Shown: positions 48,885 to 57,739 of the stretch, piece by piece | How positions within the stretch are numbered: the first letter of the stretch is position 1 | Layout: every line of letters begins with the position of its first letter | Assembly: GCA_043800335.1 (NCBI GenBank) | Contig: JAZDNC010000049.1 | Span: 1 to 63,028 of the forward strand | Length of the DNA: 63,028 nucleotides | Direction of reading: 5' to 3' | Origin: Chloroflexota bacterium | GTDB taxonomy: Bacteria > Chloroflexota > Dehalococcoidia > Dehalococcoidales > JAZDNC01 | Notes under the pieces: generated by a model | What the model was told of the DNA's origin: nothing | Databases searched by the model: none | The model's input: only the letters and a program-made list of their open reading frames with translations | Program-made: the position numbers and the translations under genes

Positions 48885-49715
48885 TCAATCTAAACTGAGG
48901 TAGGTTTGCTTAAGGAGCATGGCATCCCCTTCCAGGTTGGGGCTCTCGCAGATGACCAGCCCCTTGACATCATAGTCAGCAATCGCCCTGAGGATTTCTT
49001 TATACTGTAAGTCGGAGTCCTCCAGGTTCAGGTGGCTTCTCTCGCCCTTACTGGTATAGGCAATCCCGGAGAAATGGATGTGCATGTCGTCCAGTGCCTT
49101 TCGCCCTAGTTTCTCCCCAATGAACTCAAAAGCCTTTGCCAGCTCCTCGCGGGAGTTGAACTTACCGGTGCGGGCGTGATAGTGGGCGACGTCAAAGCAG
49201 GGCAGGACACCCGGTAGCTCTTTACAAAGGGCAACCGTCTCTTCAAGATTGCCGAACTGGGTCTCCTTGCCGGTCACCTCGGGCCTAAGGCAAACGCTAA
49301 CTTGCTCGGCTTTGAGCTGGGTAAGGACTTCAGTCAGCTCACTTTTGACCGTGGCATAGGCTTTCTCCGGCGTATCGTCCAGGTAGAAGGCGGCGTGAAA
49401 GACGATGTTCCTCGCCCCGCAGACAGTGCCGATGCGGGCGCTCTGGAGGAGCCTTTTCTGGCTGGACTTTCTCTTTTCAACCTCGTGGGCGTTGAAATTG
49501 AGGTAATAAGGGGCGTGGACGGAGAGTTTTATGCCGAGCCTCTCTGCCGTCTCGCCGACCTTTTGGGCGGTCGGCTCGCTCATGTTCACTCCCTGGACGA
49601 ACTCCATCTCCATGCAGTCCAGCCCCAGCTCGTGAATGCGCTCAATTCCGGAAACGGTGGAGCGCTCGCGGCTGCTGTGGGGCACGCCGCCGGTGCCGAA
49701 GAGAAGCCCGGACAT
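48885..49715 (-). CDS. nfo: AP endonuclease family 2 / endonuclease IV-like TIM-barrel protein
   Basis: HAPYYLNFNA, CFDVAHYHA, HIHFSG...GERSH. Confidence 0.65.
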   Translation of the reverse strand: MSGLLFGTGGVPHSSRERSTVSGIERIHELGLDCMEMEFVQGVNMSEPTAQKVGETAERLGIKLSVHAPYYLNFNAHEVEKRKSSQKRLLQSARIGTVCGARNIVFHAAFYLDDTPEKAYATVKSELTEVLTQLKAEQVSVCLRPEVTGKETQFGNLEETVALCKELPGVLPCFDVAHYHARTGKFNSREELAKAFEFIGEKLGRKALDDMHIHFSGIAYTSKGERSHLNLEDSDLQYKEILRAIADYDVKGLVICESPNLEGDAMLLKQTYLSLD

Positions 49716-49790
49716 CTTATCTCCTGAAAATTAACGCTTTCTGTCTCAGTATAGCACAGGACTCAATTTAAGACTCTTACTACTTATTCT

Positions 49791-49825
49791 CGTCATTGCG
49801 AGGGCTTCAGCCCGTGGCAATCCGT
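49791..49825. repeat. Unit-A repeat copy
   Basis: cgtcattgcgagggcttcagcccgtggcaatccgt. Confidence 0.85.
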
Positions 49826-49892
49826 AACTCTTATCGTGCTCAGGGACGAACTCACTCCATTCGCAAAGACAACGTGTGCTGATGAGTGTGTG

Positions 49893-49901
49893 TGGTATAA
49901 T
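49893..49901 (+). promoter_or_regulatory. Extended -10 element (TGgTATAAT) upstream of rsfS
   Basis: gtgtgtggtataat, 27 nt before GTG 49929. Confidence 0.45.
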
Positions 49902-49928
49902 TTCAACTAAACCAGAGTATTTTATGAG

Positions 49929-50282
49929 GTGAAAGTTCTGGAAGCCCTTGAGGTAGCCCACCGTGCCATAGAAGCCGCCTCTGAGAAACTGGCCAGCGAC
50001 ATCCTGCTCCTGGACACGCGGGGGGTGTGTGGCTTTGCCGACTACTTCGTTATCCTGACCGGTGAGAGCGAGCGTCAGCTTGACGCCATCGCCGAGGAAA
50101 TAGGGCACAGCCTGAAGGGGAGCGGCGTTTACCCTCTTCACATCGAGGGCACACCCGGGTCAGGCTGGCTTCTCCTTGACTATAATGATGTCGTGATTCA
50201 CATCTTTTCCCCGGAGGAGCGCCAGAGCTACGCCTTGGACCAGCTCTGGGCGAATGCCCCTACCGTGCTCCGGATTCAATAA
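49929..50282 (+). CDS. rsfS: Ribosome silencing factor
   Basis: DILLLD......ADYFVILTGES.RQ..AIA..I. Confidence 0.88.
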   Translation: MKVLEALEVAHRAIEAASEKLASDILLLDTRGVCGFADYFVILTGESERQLDAIAEEIGHSLKGSGVYPLHIEGTPGSGWLLLDYNDVVIHIFSPEERQSYALDQLWANAPTVLRIQ

Positions 50283-50287
50283 GACAG

Positions 50288-50716
50288 CTAGACCCTCTTG
50301 TATTCAAAGATTTCACTCCCGGTAAAAAAGAGAGAAATCTCTTTTATCGCGGTTTCCATCGAGTCCGAGCCGTGGATGGTGTTTCTTTCAATATCTATCC
50401 CGAAGTCGCCCCTGATTGTTCCCGACTCCGCCTCCTTTGGGTCGGTCTTACCCATGAGCTTACGGATTAGGCTAACGGCACCTTCACCTTCAAATACCGC
50501 CGCCACTATCGGCTCCGAGGTGATGTAGCGCACCAGCCCGGGAAAGAATGGTTTATCGGCGTGGACGGCGTAGTGCCGTTCGGCGAGGGATTTGTCCATG
50601 TGAAGCAGCCTGAGGGCGACCAGTTTGAGCCCCTCTTTTTCAAATCGGGCCAGTATCGTTCCAGCCAGTCCTCTCACGACGCCATCGGGTTTGATGAGAA
50701 TCAGTGACCTCTCCAT
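50288..50716 (-). CDS. ndk: Nucleoside-diphosphate kinase
   Basis: MERSLILIKPDGV.RGL, NTIHGSDS. Start at ATG 50716 (the track ORF runs into repeats). Confidence 0.93.
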   Translation of the reverse strand: MERSLILIKPDGVVRGLAGTILARFEKEGLKLVALRLLHMDKSLAERHYAVHADKPFFPGLVRYITSEPIVAAVFEGEGAVSLIRKLMGKTDPKEAESGTIRGDFGIDIERNTIHGSDSMETAIKEISLFFTGSEIFEYKRV

Positions 50717-50828
50717 GACTTCTAAAGCTCCTTCCAGGTTGAGAAACAAGGTATTTGAATAAATCGCTGAAATTCTACACGCCTTTGTATCTTTAGGCAA
50801 TGAGCATTCTAGGGTTGGCTGAAACTCA

Positions 50829-50943
50829 GTTGTCATTGCGAGCCGAGGGCGTAGCAATCTGCCTCTTTTGTCATTCCCGCGAAAGCGGGAATCCAGAAGG
50901 GGAGGGATTCTGGATTGTCGGGCTTGACCCGACAATGACAAGG
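50829..50943. repeat. Intergenic repeat cluster (units A, B, C)
   Basis: ttgtcattgcgagccgagggcgtagcaatc, then ttgtcattcccgcgaaagcgggaatccag, then gattgtcgggcttgacccgacaatgaca. Confidence 0.9.
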
Positions 50944-51027
50944 ACATATGGATGAGATTACTTCGGCTTGTTCCATGCAGTGACGCCGACTTCCGACTTG
51001 CTCCGAAGTAAAGCGGGGCAAAGAACC

Positions 51028-51717
51028 CTATCTCTTCTTGGGCTGGGTGATGGCGGGTCGCCTCAGATAGACCGGCTCAAGGGTCGCCGGGTCGTCGCCG
51101 AGCCCGCTCTGGAGAAGTCTTCTGCCTAGTTCGGCAAGGCAGGATGCCCGGCGCAGGTTCGCTGCTGGGGGAGGGATAACGGCTTTCGCGCCAAGCCGGT
51201 CTTTAAGCTCTTTCTCAATCTGGGGTATGAACTCGCCGCAGAAAACCGTCTTTCTGGTTACACTCTTTACCAAGTTCCCCAGCGTGGTGATGTAAGGCTC
51301 TTTAAGCTCAAGCCACGCATCATTCTTCATCTGGTAGAGGGCGGTGGCGATTTCGCCCCTTCCCGCGTTAAAGACGGGTGAGACGGGCAAGCCGGTTATC
51401 CCGTGCGGGTAGGCGGTTACCGCAAGGCTGTTGACGCCGACGAGGGGAATACCCAGGCTCATCGCCAGTCCCTTAGCCACGCTCACCCCAACTCTTGTCC
51501 CGTTAAAGCTCCCGGGTCCCTTAGCCACGATGATAGTGCCCACTTCCTTCAGGCTCAGATGGTGTTGTGTCAGGAGATAGTTGAGGTAGGGCAGTAATTC
51601 AACGGTGTGGTTCTGCCGGGCGAGCCAGGTGAGCTCAAAAACCAGGGCGTCTCCATCAAGCAGCGCCAGACTGGCGTAATCGGTTGAGGTATCTATAGCG
51701 AGGCAAAGACTGTTCAT
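51028..51717 (-). CDS. tsaB: tRNA t6A37 biosynthesis protein TsaB
   Basis: LAIDTST, GPGSFNGTRVGV..AKG. Confidence 0.85.
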   Translation of the reverse strand: MNSLCLAIDTSTDYASLALLDGDALVFELTWLARQNHTVELLPYLNYLLTQHHLSLKEVGTIIVAKGPGSFNGTRVGVSVAKGLAMSLGIPLVGVNSLAVTAYPHGITGLPVSPVFNAGRGEIATALYQMKNDAWLELKEPYITTLGNLVKSVTRKTVFCGEFIPQIEKELKDRLGAKAVIPPPAANLRRASCLAELGRRLLQSGLGDDPATLEPVYLRRPAITQPKKR

Positions 51718-52193
51718 TTCAAAACGGCTTTCAACTGCCTGATTATTTTCCGGTATCTTTCCCCATAGGCTTTGAGCCTGAGGCTGCGTTCGTTCTCGGC
51801 AGTATAGCTAAGCTCAATCAGGAGATGTACCTCGGGCAGAAATCCGGCACCCTTCTCTCCCCACTCTATCACTGAGACACCATTACCGTAAAGATAGTCA
51901 TCCAGCCCCAGTCCCTGAATCTCCTCCAGGCGGTCAAGACGGTACAAATCAATGTGATAAAGGGTGAGTCGCCCCGCGAGCTCCCGAATCAGGACGAAGG
52001 TGGGGCTTAAAACATTCTCCTTTATCCCCAGACCGAGGGCAATGCCCTGAGTGAGTGTGGTCTTCCCTGCCCCCAGCTTTCCGGTAAGGATAAAGAGGTC
52101 GCCCGCCCGGGCTAGCTCGCCGAGACGCCTGCCGATTTGCCTTGTTTCCTCAAGGCTTTGGCTTGTAAGACAGAGTTCGTCTGAAGGCGCCAT
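51714..52193 (-). CDS. tsaE: tRNA t6A37 biosynthesis ATPase TsaE
   Basis: L.G.LGAGKTT..QGI, SPTF, HIDLYRL. Confidence 0.88.
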   Translation of the reverse strand: MAPSDELCLTSQSLEETRQIGRRLGELARAGDLFILTGKLGAGKTTLTQGIALGLGIKENVLSPTFVLIRELAGRLTLYHIDLYRLDRLEEIQGLGLDDYLYGNGVSVIEWGEKGAGFLPEVHLLIELSYTAENERSLRLKAYGERYRKIIRQLKAVLK

Positions 52194-52197
52194 CGTC

Positions 52198-53214
52198 TTA
52201 GTGAATTCTTGATTTTACGGTGAAGTGGTCCCAGCCGCTCCGGGTCAGGATGACTCTTTCCCCGCTCTTATTTGTGACGTTAATTTCGCCGAGGGGCTTA
52301 GACGTAATCTCTCCGATTACGGTCACCGGGACTCTGGACTTTGCCTGAATCCGGGCGATGGCTGCGCTGTCCCCGGTAAAAAGTAGCTCGTAGTCTCCCC
52401 CGCCACCGAGGGCGAGGTCAAGCGCCTGACTCCCGAAGGCTTCTTTGACCTCGGGGAGAACCGGCACCTTATCGGCATCAATTCTGGCGCCAACCCGGCT
52501 GGCTTTAAGGATATGCCTCAAATCGGACATGACTCCGTCCGAGATATCCATCGCCGCCTTTATCCCCGATTTAACCAGGAGTTTGCCCTCGGCGATTCTC
52601 GGCATCGGGTGGAGAAAAGCCTGCTTGAAGGCGCTTTTTATTTCGGACTTGAATTTCAGTTTCTCATGGAACATCTCCACGTAGGCGGCGGCGCCCCCTA
52701 GGTAGCCCGTGACCGCAATCCTGTCACCGGGCTTGGCGGCAGAGCGGAGCAGGATGGCATCACCGGTGTCGCCATGAACGGTGAGGGTTACACTGAAGGT
52801 ATCTCCCCGGCTGATGTGCCCGCCGACGATAGCCTGACCAGTCTCCTTCGCCAGCTTGAGCATGCCCTTGTAGAGGCTGGTTACGCTCTCGACCTCGGTG
52901 TCCTCGGGCAAGGTTAGTGAAACGAGAACGTATCTGGGCGAGCCTCCCTTAGCCGCAATGTCGCTGGTGATAACGGCGAGGGCTTTCCAGCCCAGCTCCT
53001 CCCAGGTGCCGAACTCGGGGCGGAAATGGATACCATCAATCTGGCAGTCGACATGGGAAAGCTGGATACGGCTATTGCACCTCCAGGCGGCACAGTCGTC
53101 CCCGACGCCCAGGACAAGGTTGCGCCATGACTCCGCGTTATCATCCCTGGCGTCGTTAACCAGCTTCGCCAGCCGGTCAATCAGCCCGAACTGCCCTATC
53201 TCGGAGACCTTCAC
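52198..53214 (-). CDS. thiL: Thiamine-monophosphate kinase
   Basis: KVSEIGQFGLIDR, GDDCA, AIVGG. Start assigned to GTG 53214 (the track uses TTG 53250). Confidence 0.85.
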   Translation of the reverse strand: MKVSEIGQFGLIDRLAKLVNDARDDNAESWRNLVLGVGDDCAAWRCNSRIQLSHVDCQIDGIHFRPEFGTWEELGWKALAVITSDIAAKGGSPRYVLVSLTLPEDTEVESVTSLYKGMLKLAKETGQAIVGGHISRGDTFSVTLTVHGDTGDAILLRSAAKPGDRIAVTGYLGGAAAYVEMFHEKLKFKSEIKSAFKQAFLHPMPRIAEGKLLVKSGIKAAMDISDGVMSDLRHILKASRVGARIDADKVPVLPEVKEAFGSQALDLALGGGGDYELLFTGDSAAIARIQAKSRVPVTVIGEITSKPLGEINVTNKSGERVILTRSGWDHFTVKSRIH

Positions 53215-53221
53215 GTCTGGA

Positions 53222-53250
53222 ATTATAACACGCCATACTCGGGCTAACAA
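53222..53250 (-). promoter_or_regulatory. Promoter candidate for thiL-tsaE-tsaB (possibly leaderless)
   Basis: Minus strand reads TTGTTA, 17 nt, then TGtTATAAT. The -10 box ends 7 nt before GTG 53214. Confidence 0.45.
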
Positions 53251-53335
53251 TTCATTTGATTCTGTTCATAGTCACAGTTATGGAGTGCAACTGTCTTTTA
53301 CTCTCCCACCGAAGGAGAGGAATAAGGTAAGGGTA

Positions 53336-53380
53336 ATGTCCTCCCTTCGCTCTAACTCTCTCGGAGACGGTTTCGCAAAT
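53336..53380. repeat. Left arm of the inverted repeat bracketing the AT-rich methyltransferase segment
   Basis: cggtttcgcaaat (53368-53380) is the exact reverse complement of 54499-54511. Looser pyrimidine-rich similarity extends outward (gtcctc...). Confidence 0.5.
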
Positions 53381-53578
53381 TAAGACACACTCCCCTTTGG
53401 TTTACCCTTTATGCGTTTTTTCCTAGTCGGCAAGCAGGTGGTGAGATAGAGCACGGTCATAAAACGTAATGGCAGCTAGAACCGCCGATGCTTGAATTAC
53501 CAAATGGTGGTCAATCTACTCTAATTCGTCGAATGTGCAGTCAAATAATCAGGTTACTGCTCGTCACAATCTACGACA

Positions 53579-53607
53579 TTGACAAATCGAGGCGCTGTAG
53601 ATAAAAT
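53579..53607 (+). promoter_or_regulatory. Promoter candidate for the methyltransferase gene
   Basis: TTGACA (53579-53584), 17 nt, TAAAAT (53602-53607). Confidence 0.5.
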
Positions 53608-53745
53608 GTGAATGAATATTAACTATAAGTGATTATTAACTATTGCTTAATTTGTTATAGTTACGTGATAAATGTCAAGAGGATATTCTATTCTAAAAAC
53701 AGCGGCGAAAGTGAAAGGGCACTCTATTTTACGGATTAATCGATA

Positions 53746-54291
53746 ATGATTGGACTTCGTGAAATAAAACGTCCTTATGTTCCGAAGACCCCGATTGTCG
53801 CTAAAGAAGTGCCTTACTTTATAGATTGGGTCCCGACGGGGCTCAACGATATACATTATTACTTCGACCTGGCACCGGTATCCGCATTAGACACAGTTTA
53901 TGATTTGGGTTCGGGGGATGGCAGGCTAGTGCTTGCTGCTTTGGCGAAAGGGGCTGGAAAATCCGTTGGCGTTGAGTTGGACTCTGAACTTATTCAGGAT
54001 GCCAAAAAGGCAGCAAGACTTAATGGTTATTACGACAATATTAACTTTATCCAGGACGACTTCATGAAAGTGCATTTAGCGCAAGCCTCTGTAGTGCTCT
54101 GCTATCTATCACCTGTTATATATGAAACGCTAAAGCCGAAGTTTGCATCTGAACTTAAATCGGGTGCTAGAATTGTTACGCAGGCTTGGGGAATCCCAGG
54201 ATGGCAGCCAGCCAGGTCCATTATGAAAGAAGGTCAATATTTTTACCTTTATATTATGCCGCCGAAGAAGTTGCGAGCGAAGGTGGTTTAA
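53746..54291 (+). CDS. Class I SAM-dependent methyltransferase (small, substrate unknown)
   Basis: Motif I VYDLGSGDGRLVLAAL, then acidic loop VELD. No DPPY/NPPY-type DNA-MTase motif. AT-rich. Confidence 0.7.
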   Translation: MIGLREIKRPYVPKTPIVAKEVPYFIDWVPTGLNDIHYYFDLAPVSALDTVYDLGSGDGRLVLAALAKGAGKSVGVELDSELIQDAKKAARLNGYYDNINFIQDDFMKVHLAQASVVLCYLSPVIYETLKPKFASELKSGARIVTQAWGIPGWQPARSIMKEGQYFYLYIMPPKKLRAKVV

Positions 54292-54498
54292 GAGGAGCGT
54301 AGGTTCGGGAATCCGCCGTAAGTGCAAATGCCGCCTATTTTCGCATCGAATTCCCACCTTGTTTTCATTGGGTTTTTGAGCTGTCCTTTGCTCTTAGCAT
54401 CTAGCTGGGAATGGTTGTCCAACATTTCAATTACACGTTATCCAACAAGAATAGAAGTGATAATTCTCAGTGCTGGAGAGCATCCTACAACTGATGTC

Positions 54499-54543
54499 AT
54501 TTGCGAAACCGCCCACTCCCGCAGAGGGGAGAGAGGACTTCCG
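54499..54543. repeat. Right arm of the inverted repeat bracketing the AT-rich methyltransferase segment
   Basis: atttgcgaaaccg (54499-54511), plus outward similarity ending ...gaggac. Confidence 0.5.
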
Positions 54544-54560
54544 CTTTCAACAACGTGCTT

Positions 54561-54807
54561 ATGTCACTCTCGGGCTTCAGCCCACGGCAATCCGCCAAGT
54601 TGTCATTCCTGCGCAAGCAGGTTCACCCTGGTTCCACTGAGTCACCCATTCATGGTGAATCTCTTCAGGGTGAACCACGAAGTGAACGGGTTCACTGTGA
54701 ACGGGAATCTAAATGCTACGCCTTACCTCTAGACTCGCGGGGCAAGACAGATAATGACAGAGACATAGTGGCTGAGTTTGCTTTGTCTTCGGCTCGCAAT
54801 GACAATT
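54561..54807. repeat. Intergenic repeat cluster with the 122-bp composite unit
   Basis: Unit-A variant at 54561-54596. 54601-54722 is the reverse complement of 46519-46640 (1 mismatch). Unit A inverted at about 54777-54805. Confidence 0.9.
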
Positions 54808-54837
54808 CAGTTCATCAGTTATTGGAAAAGCCTTCCG

Positions 54838-56118
54838 CTAATTCCCTTCTGTCTTCTCCGTTACCGCCGGCTCTTTTACGGCGACAGGCTTTTTGCCGGG
54901 GGCGGGCATGGTGAGCACCATCGCCACACATACCAGGTTGGCGACAATGGTTATCAGCCACCAAAACTTGTAGTCGTGATAGGTATCAATAAGCCACCCG
55001 GCAAGAGGTGGGGAGACCACGCTCCCGACGGTCATAAAGACCATCGAAAGCCCGAAGATTGTCCCGAACTTTTTTGTCCCGAAATACTCGGCGATGATGG
55101 TTGCCCGGAGCGGGCTTGCTCCACCCAGCCCCAGGCCATAGACGATACCGAATAGGAGAATAAGAGTGTACGGGCTCGTCCCGCTGATAAGCCATAGCAT
55201 AATCAGCCCGGCTGACTGGAGCGCCTGGCCGAGAGCCATAATGTAGCTGTTTCTGAAATAGTCAGCCAAAAGCCCCATGAGGATGCGGGTGAAGAGGCTT
55301 ACCATGTTATAAAGCGCGACGACGGTGCTGGCGGTGAGGCGGCTAATCCCCAGGCTGGTGAGGTAGGGCACGACATAAAGATTAAGAGTGCTGGCGGCAA
55401 TAAAATGGAAAAAAATTGAAAATCCCACCGTCCAGAACACCCGTGTTCTGAGGGCTTCACTGACGCTGGCGCTGACCTCAGCCACCCGGCGGTGGCGCGA
55501 GACTCCTGCCGGGGCTACCTCCCTCCCGTCGGGCACAGGCTCGTAGTCCTCGGGACGGCCCCGGAAAACAAGTGAGAGAGGTATGCCGAGCGCCATAAAA
55601 CCGAATGTCGTGTAAAGGAGTGTTTTTTGCCAGCCGATTGAATCTATCAGTTTCACAACCAGTGGCACCAGCGCTCCCCCGATGCCAGGCCCCAGATAGA
55701 AAACACCCGAGGCTCTGCCGATACCCTTTTTAAACCACCGCGATATAACCGCAATGGGGAGAATGCTTGTTACCAGGGAACTGCCGACTCCGACCGCCAG
55801 GAAGCCTCCATAATACATAGCCAGATTTCTGGTCAGGCTGAGGCAAAGCATGCCGAGCCCCGTACAGAAAACCCCCAGAACCATCAGCTTACCGGGCGAC
55901 CAGCGGTCAACTGCCGCTCCCCAGATGGGATTAAATACCCCTGCCTCCATGCTGCGGAGGGATGAGGCGAATGACACCTCCGTCAGGCTCCAGCCGAATG
56001 TCGCAATGATGGGGGTAACAAAACCGGTCCATCCGTAGCCAAGGATAGCGCTGTAGTAAGCGGAGAGCATCATACCGGACAGCACAATCCACCAGCCATG
56101 GAACACCTTGAACTTCAC
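54838..56118 (-). CDS. MFS transporter (oxalate/formate antiporter-like subgroup)
   Basis: 426 aa, about 12 TM helices. Central cytoplasmic loop RGRPEDYEP... Confidence 0.8.
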   Translation of the reverse strand: MKFKVFHGWWIVLSGMMLSAYYSAILGYGWTGFVTPIIATFGWSLTEVSFASSLRSMEAGVFNPIWGAAVDRWSPGKLMVLGVFCTGLGMLCLSLTRNLAMYYGGFLAVGVGSSLVTSILPIAVISRWFKKGIGRASGVFYLGPGIGGALVPLVVKLIDSIGWQKTLLYTTFGFMALGIPLSLVFRGRPEDYEPVPDGREVAPAGVSRHRRVAEVSASVSEALRTRVFWTVGFSIFFHFIAASTLNLYVVPYLTSLGISRLTASTVVALYNMVSLFTRILMGLLADYFRNSYIMALGQALQSAGLIMLWLISGTSPYTLILLFGIVYGLGLGGASPLRATIIAEYFGTKKFGTIFGLSMVFMTVGSVVSPPLAGWLIDTYHDYKFWWLITIVANLVCVAMVLTMPAPGKKPVAVKEPAVTEKTEGN

Positions 56119-56374
56119 AGTTCCCTCTCTTCGCCTTCCCCTGGGGCAGGATTAATGACTGCGGCTACGGAGTCTCGGCGGGGCGAAGTTATGCAGGCAT
56201 TCTACCCGATTGGACAGGATTTTGAAAGCTGTCATGACTCCTGGGGGAATAGATTTCCGCTCCCTTTGCCGGAGAGCCTGCCTTGCCCTTGTCGGGGAGA
56301 ATGTTGTGCGAGGATGCTTTTCTGCGCTCGCGAGGACACCCGGATTTCACCGACTTAAAAGATAGCTAGCGCAG

Positions 56375-56403
56375 TTGCGCCCCGGCGTATCTACTGCTAT
56401 AAT
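56375..56403 (+). promoter_or_regulatory. Promoter candidate for the dehydratase/IDH/synthase cluster
   Basis: TTGCGC, 17 nt, then TGcTATAAT (extended -10). Confidence 0.5.
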
Positions 56404-56447
56404 TCAAAATCATTCTTTTTCAGGCTTATTCATAAGGGGAGGTGCTC

Positions 56448-57701
56448 TTGGGTAAGACATTAGCCGAAAAGATACTTTCTGCCAAATCGGGGGTTGACGC
56501 CAAGGCGGGTGACATTGTCATCGCCAAGGTTGACCTGGCTTTCATCCAGGACACGACAGGACCCCTCGCGGCGCGCCAGTTTATCGCCGGCAAGTACAAG
56601 AAAATTGCCAAGGGTACGAAGGCGGCGGTCTTCCTCGACCACGGGGCACCCAGCCCGGTCAAGGATATGTCCAATGACCATATCTTCCTCCGCCAGTTTG
56701 CTCATGACACGGGCGCGATGCTGAGTGATATTGGCGAGGGCGCCTGCCATCAGCTCGTCTCGGAAAAGCTTGCTCGTCCTGGAGATTTAATTGTCGGCAC
56801 CGACTCCCACACGGTAACTGCCGGGGGAATCGGCGCTTTTGCCACTGGCATGGGTTCAACCGACGGTGCCATTGCCATGGCGATGGGGAAGAACTGGTTC
56901 CGCGTTCCCGAGGCGATTAATATCGCCTGCACCGGCAAGTTCCCTAAGTTTGTCTCGGGGAAAGACCTTATTCTATACATCATCGGCAAGATAGGGGCGG
57001 ACGGGGCAACCTATAAATCAATTGAGTTTACCGGCAGCGCTGTCAAGAACATATCGGTCTCAGACCGGCTCACCATCTGCAACATGGCGATTGAGGCCGG
57101 CGGTAAAACCGGCATCTTCCCATCGGACGAGCTGACCAAGGAGTATCTGGAGAGTCAGGGAAGGGTTAAGGATTACACTCCCATCGCTGCCGACAAAGAC
57201 GCGGCCTACGAGCAGACCATCAAGATTGATATTTCAAAGCTCGAGCCGGTGGTCGCCAAGCCCCACACCGTTGACAACATGGCTTACGCCAAAGATTTAA
57301 AGGGTGTAAAGATTCAGCAGGTCTATATCGGCACCTGCACCAACGGGCGCATCGAAAACATCGCCGAGGTTGCCGGCTACCTGAAAGGCAAGAAGGTTCA
57401 CTCCGGCACCAGGCTGGTCATCGGGCCCGCCTCACGTAAGGTTTTGCTTGACTCCATCCGGGCGGGCTACATCGAGACGCTGGTCGAAGCTGGTGCAGCG
57501 ATTGTCACCCCGGGCTGCGGTGCATGCCTCGGCGTCCACCAGGGTGTACTGGGCGACAAAGAAAACTGCCTTTCCACCGCCAACCGCAACTTCAAGGGCA
57601 GGATGGGCAACCCTGACGCCTTTGTTTATCTCGGCTCCCCGGCAACGGCGGCGGCGACGGCGCTCCGCGGTGAAATCACCGACCCGAGAGAAATTTTCTA
57701 G
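56448..57701 (+). CDS. leuC: Aconitase-superfamily dehydratase large subunit (3-isopropylmalate/homoaconitate/aconitate type, about 418 aa short form)
   Basis: GKTLAEKIL N-terminus, DSHT, Fe-S ligands GTCTNGR and PGCGACLG. TTG 56448 lies after a GGGGAGG SD. Confidence 0.85.
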   Translation: MGKTLAEKILSAKSGVDAKAGDIVIAKVDLAFIQDTTGPLAARQFIAGKYKKIAKGTKAAVFLDHGAPSPVKDMSNDHIFLRQFAHDTGAMLSDIGEGACHQLVSEKLARPGDLIVGTDSHTVTAGGIGAFATGMGSTDGAIAMAMGKNWFRVPEAINIACTGKFPKFVSGKDLILYIIGKIGADGATYKSIEFTGSAVKNISVSDRLTICNMAIEAGGKTGIFPSDELTKEYLESQGRVKDYTPIAADKDAAYEQTIKIDISKLEPVVAKPHTVDNMAYAKDLKGVKIQQVYIGTCTNGRIENIAEVAGYLKGKKVHSGTRLVIGPASRKVLLDSIRAGYIETLVEAGAAIVTPGCGACLGVHQGVLGDKENCLSTANRNFKGRMGNPDAFVYLGSPATAAATALRGEITDPREIF

Positions 57702-57739
57702 GGTCTACTCATAAAGAATATTGACATTGAGAGGTAAAG

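Noticed and set aside
53647-53856. 69-aa minus-strand ORF in the AT-rich segment
   Set aside because: It overlaps the methyltransferase start and promoter region, has no SD, and a composition dominated by AT-rich codons (I/Y/F/K/N/R). It is probably a chance ORF.
46519-54722. Composite transposon bounded by the 122-bp inverted repeats
   Set aside because: No transposase or recombinase lies between or beside them. The content is housekeeping (ndk, tsaBE, thiL, rsfS), and the repeats belong to a dispersed family. It is kept only as a possible inversion substrate.
56119-56441. Looked for a T-box or leucine leader-peptide attenuator upstream of the leuC-like gene
   Set aside because: No T-box motif, specifier-loop architecture or Leu-rich leader ORF was seen, only a GC-rich spacer and a promoter-like element. 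This also fits the cluster not being a leucine operon.
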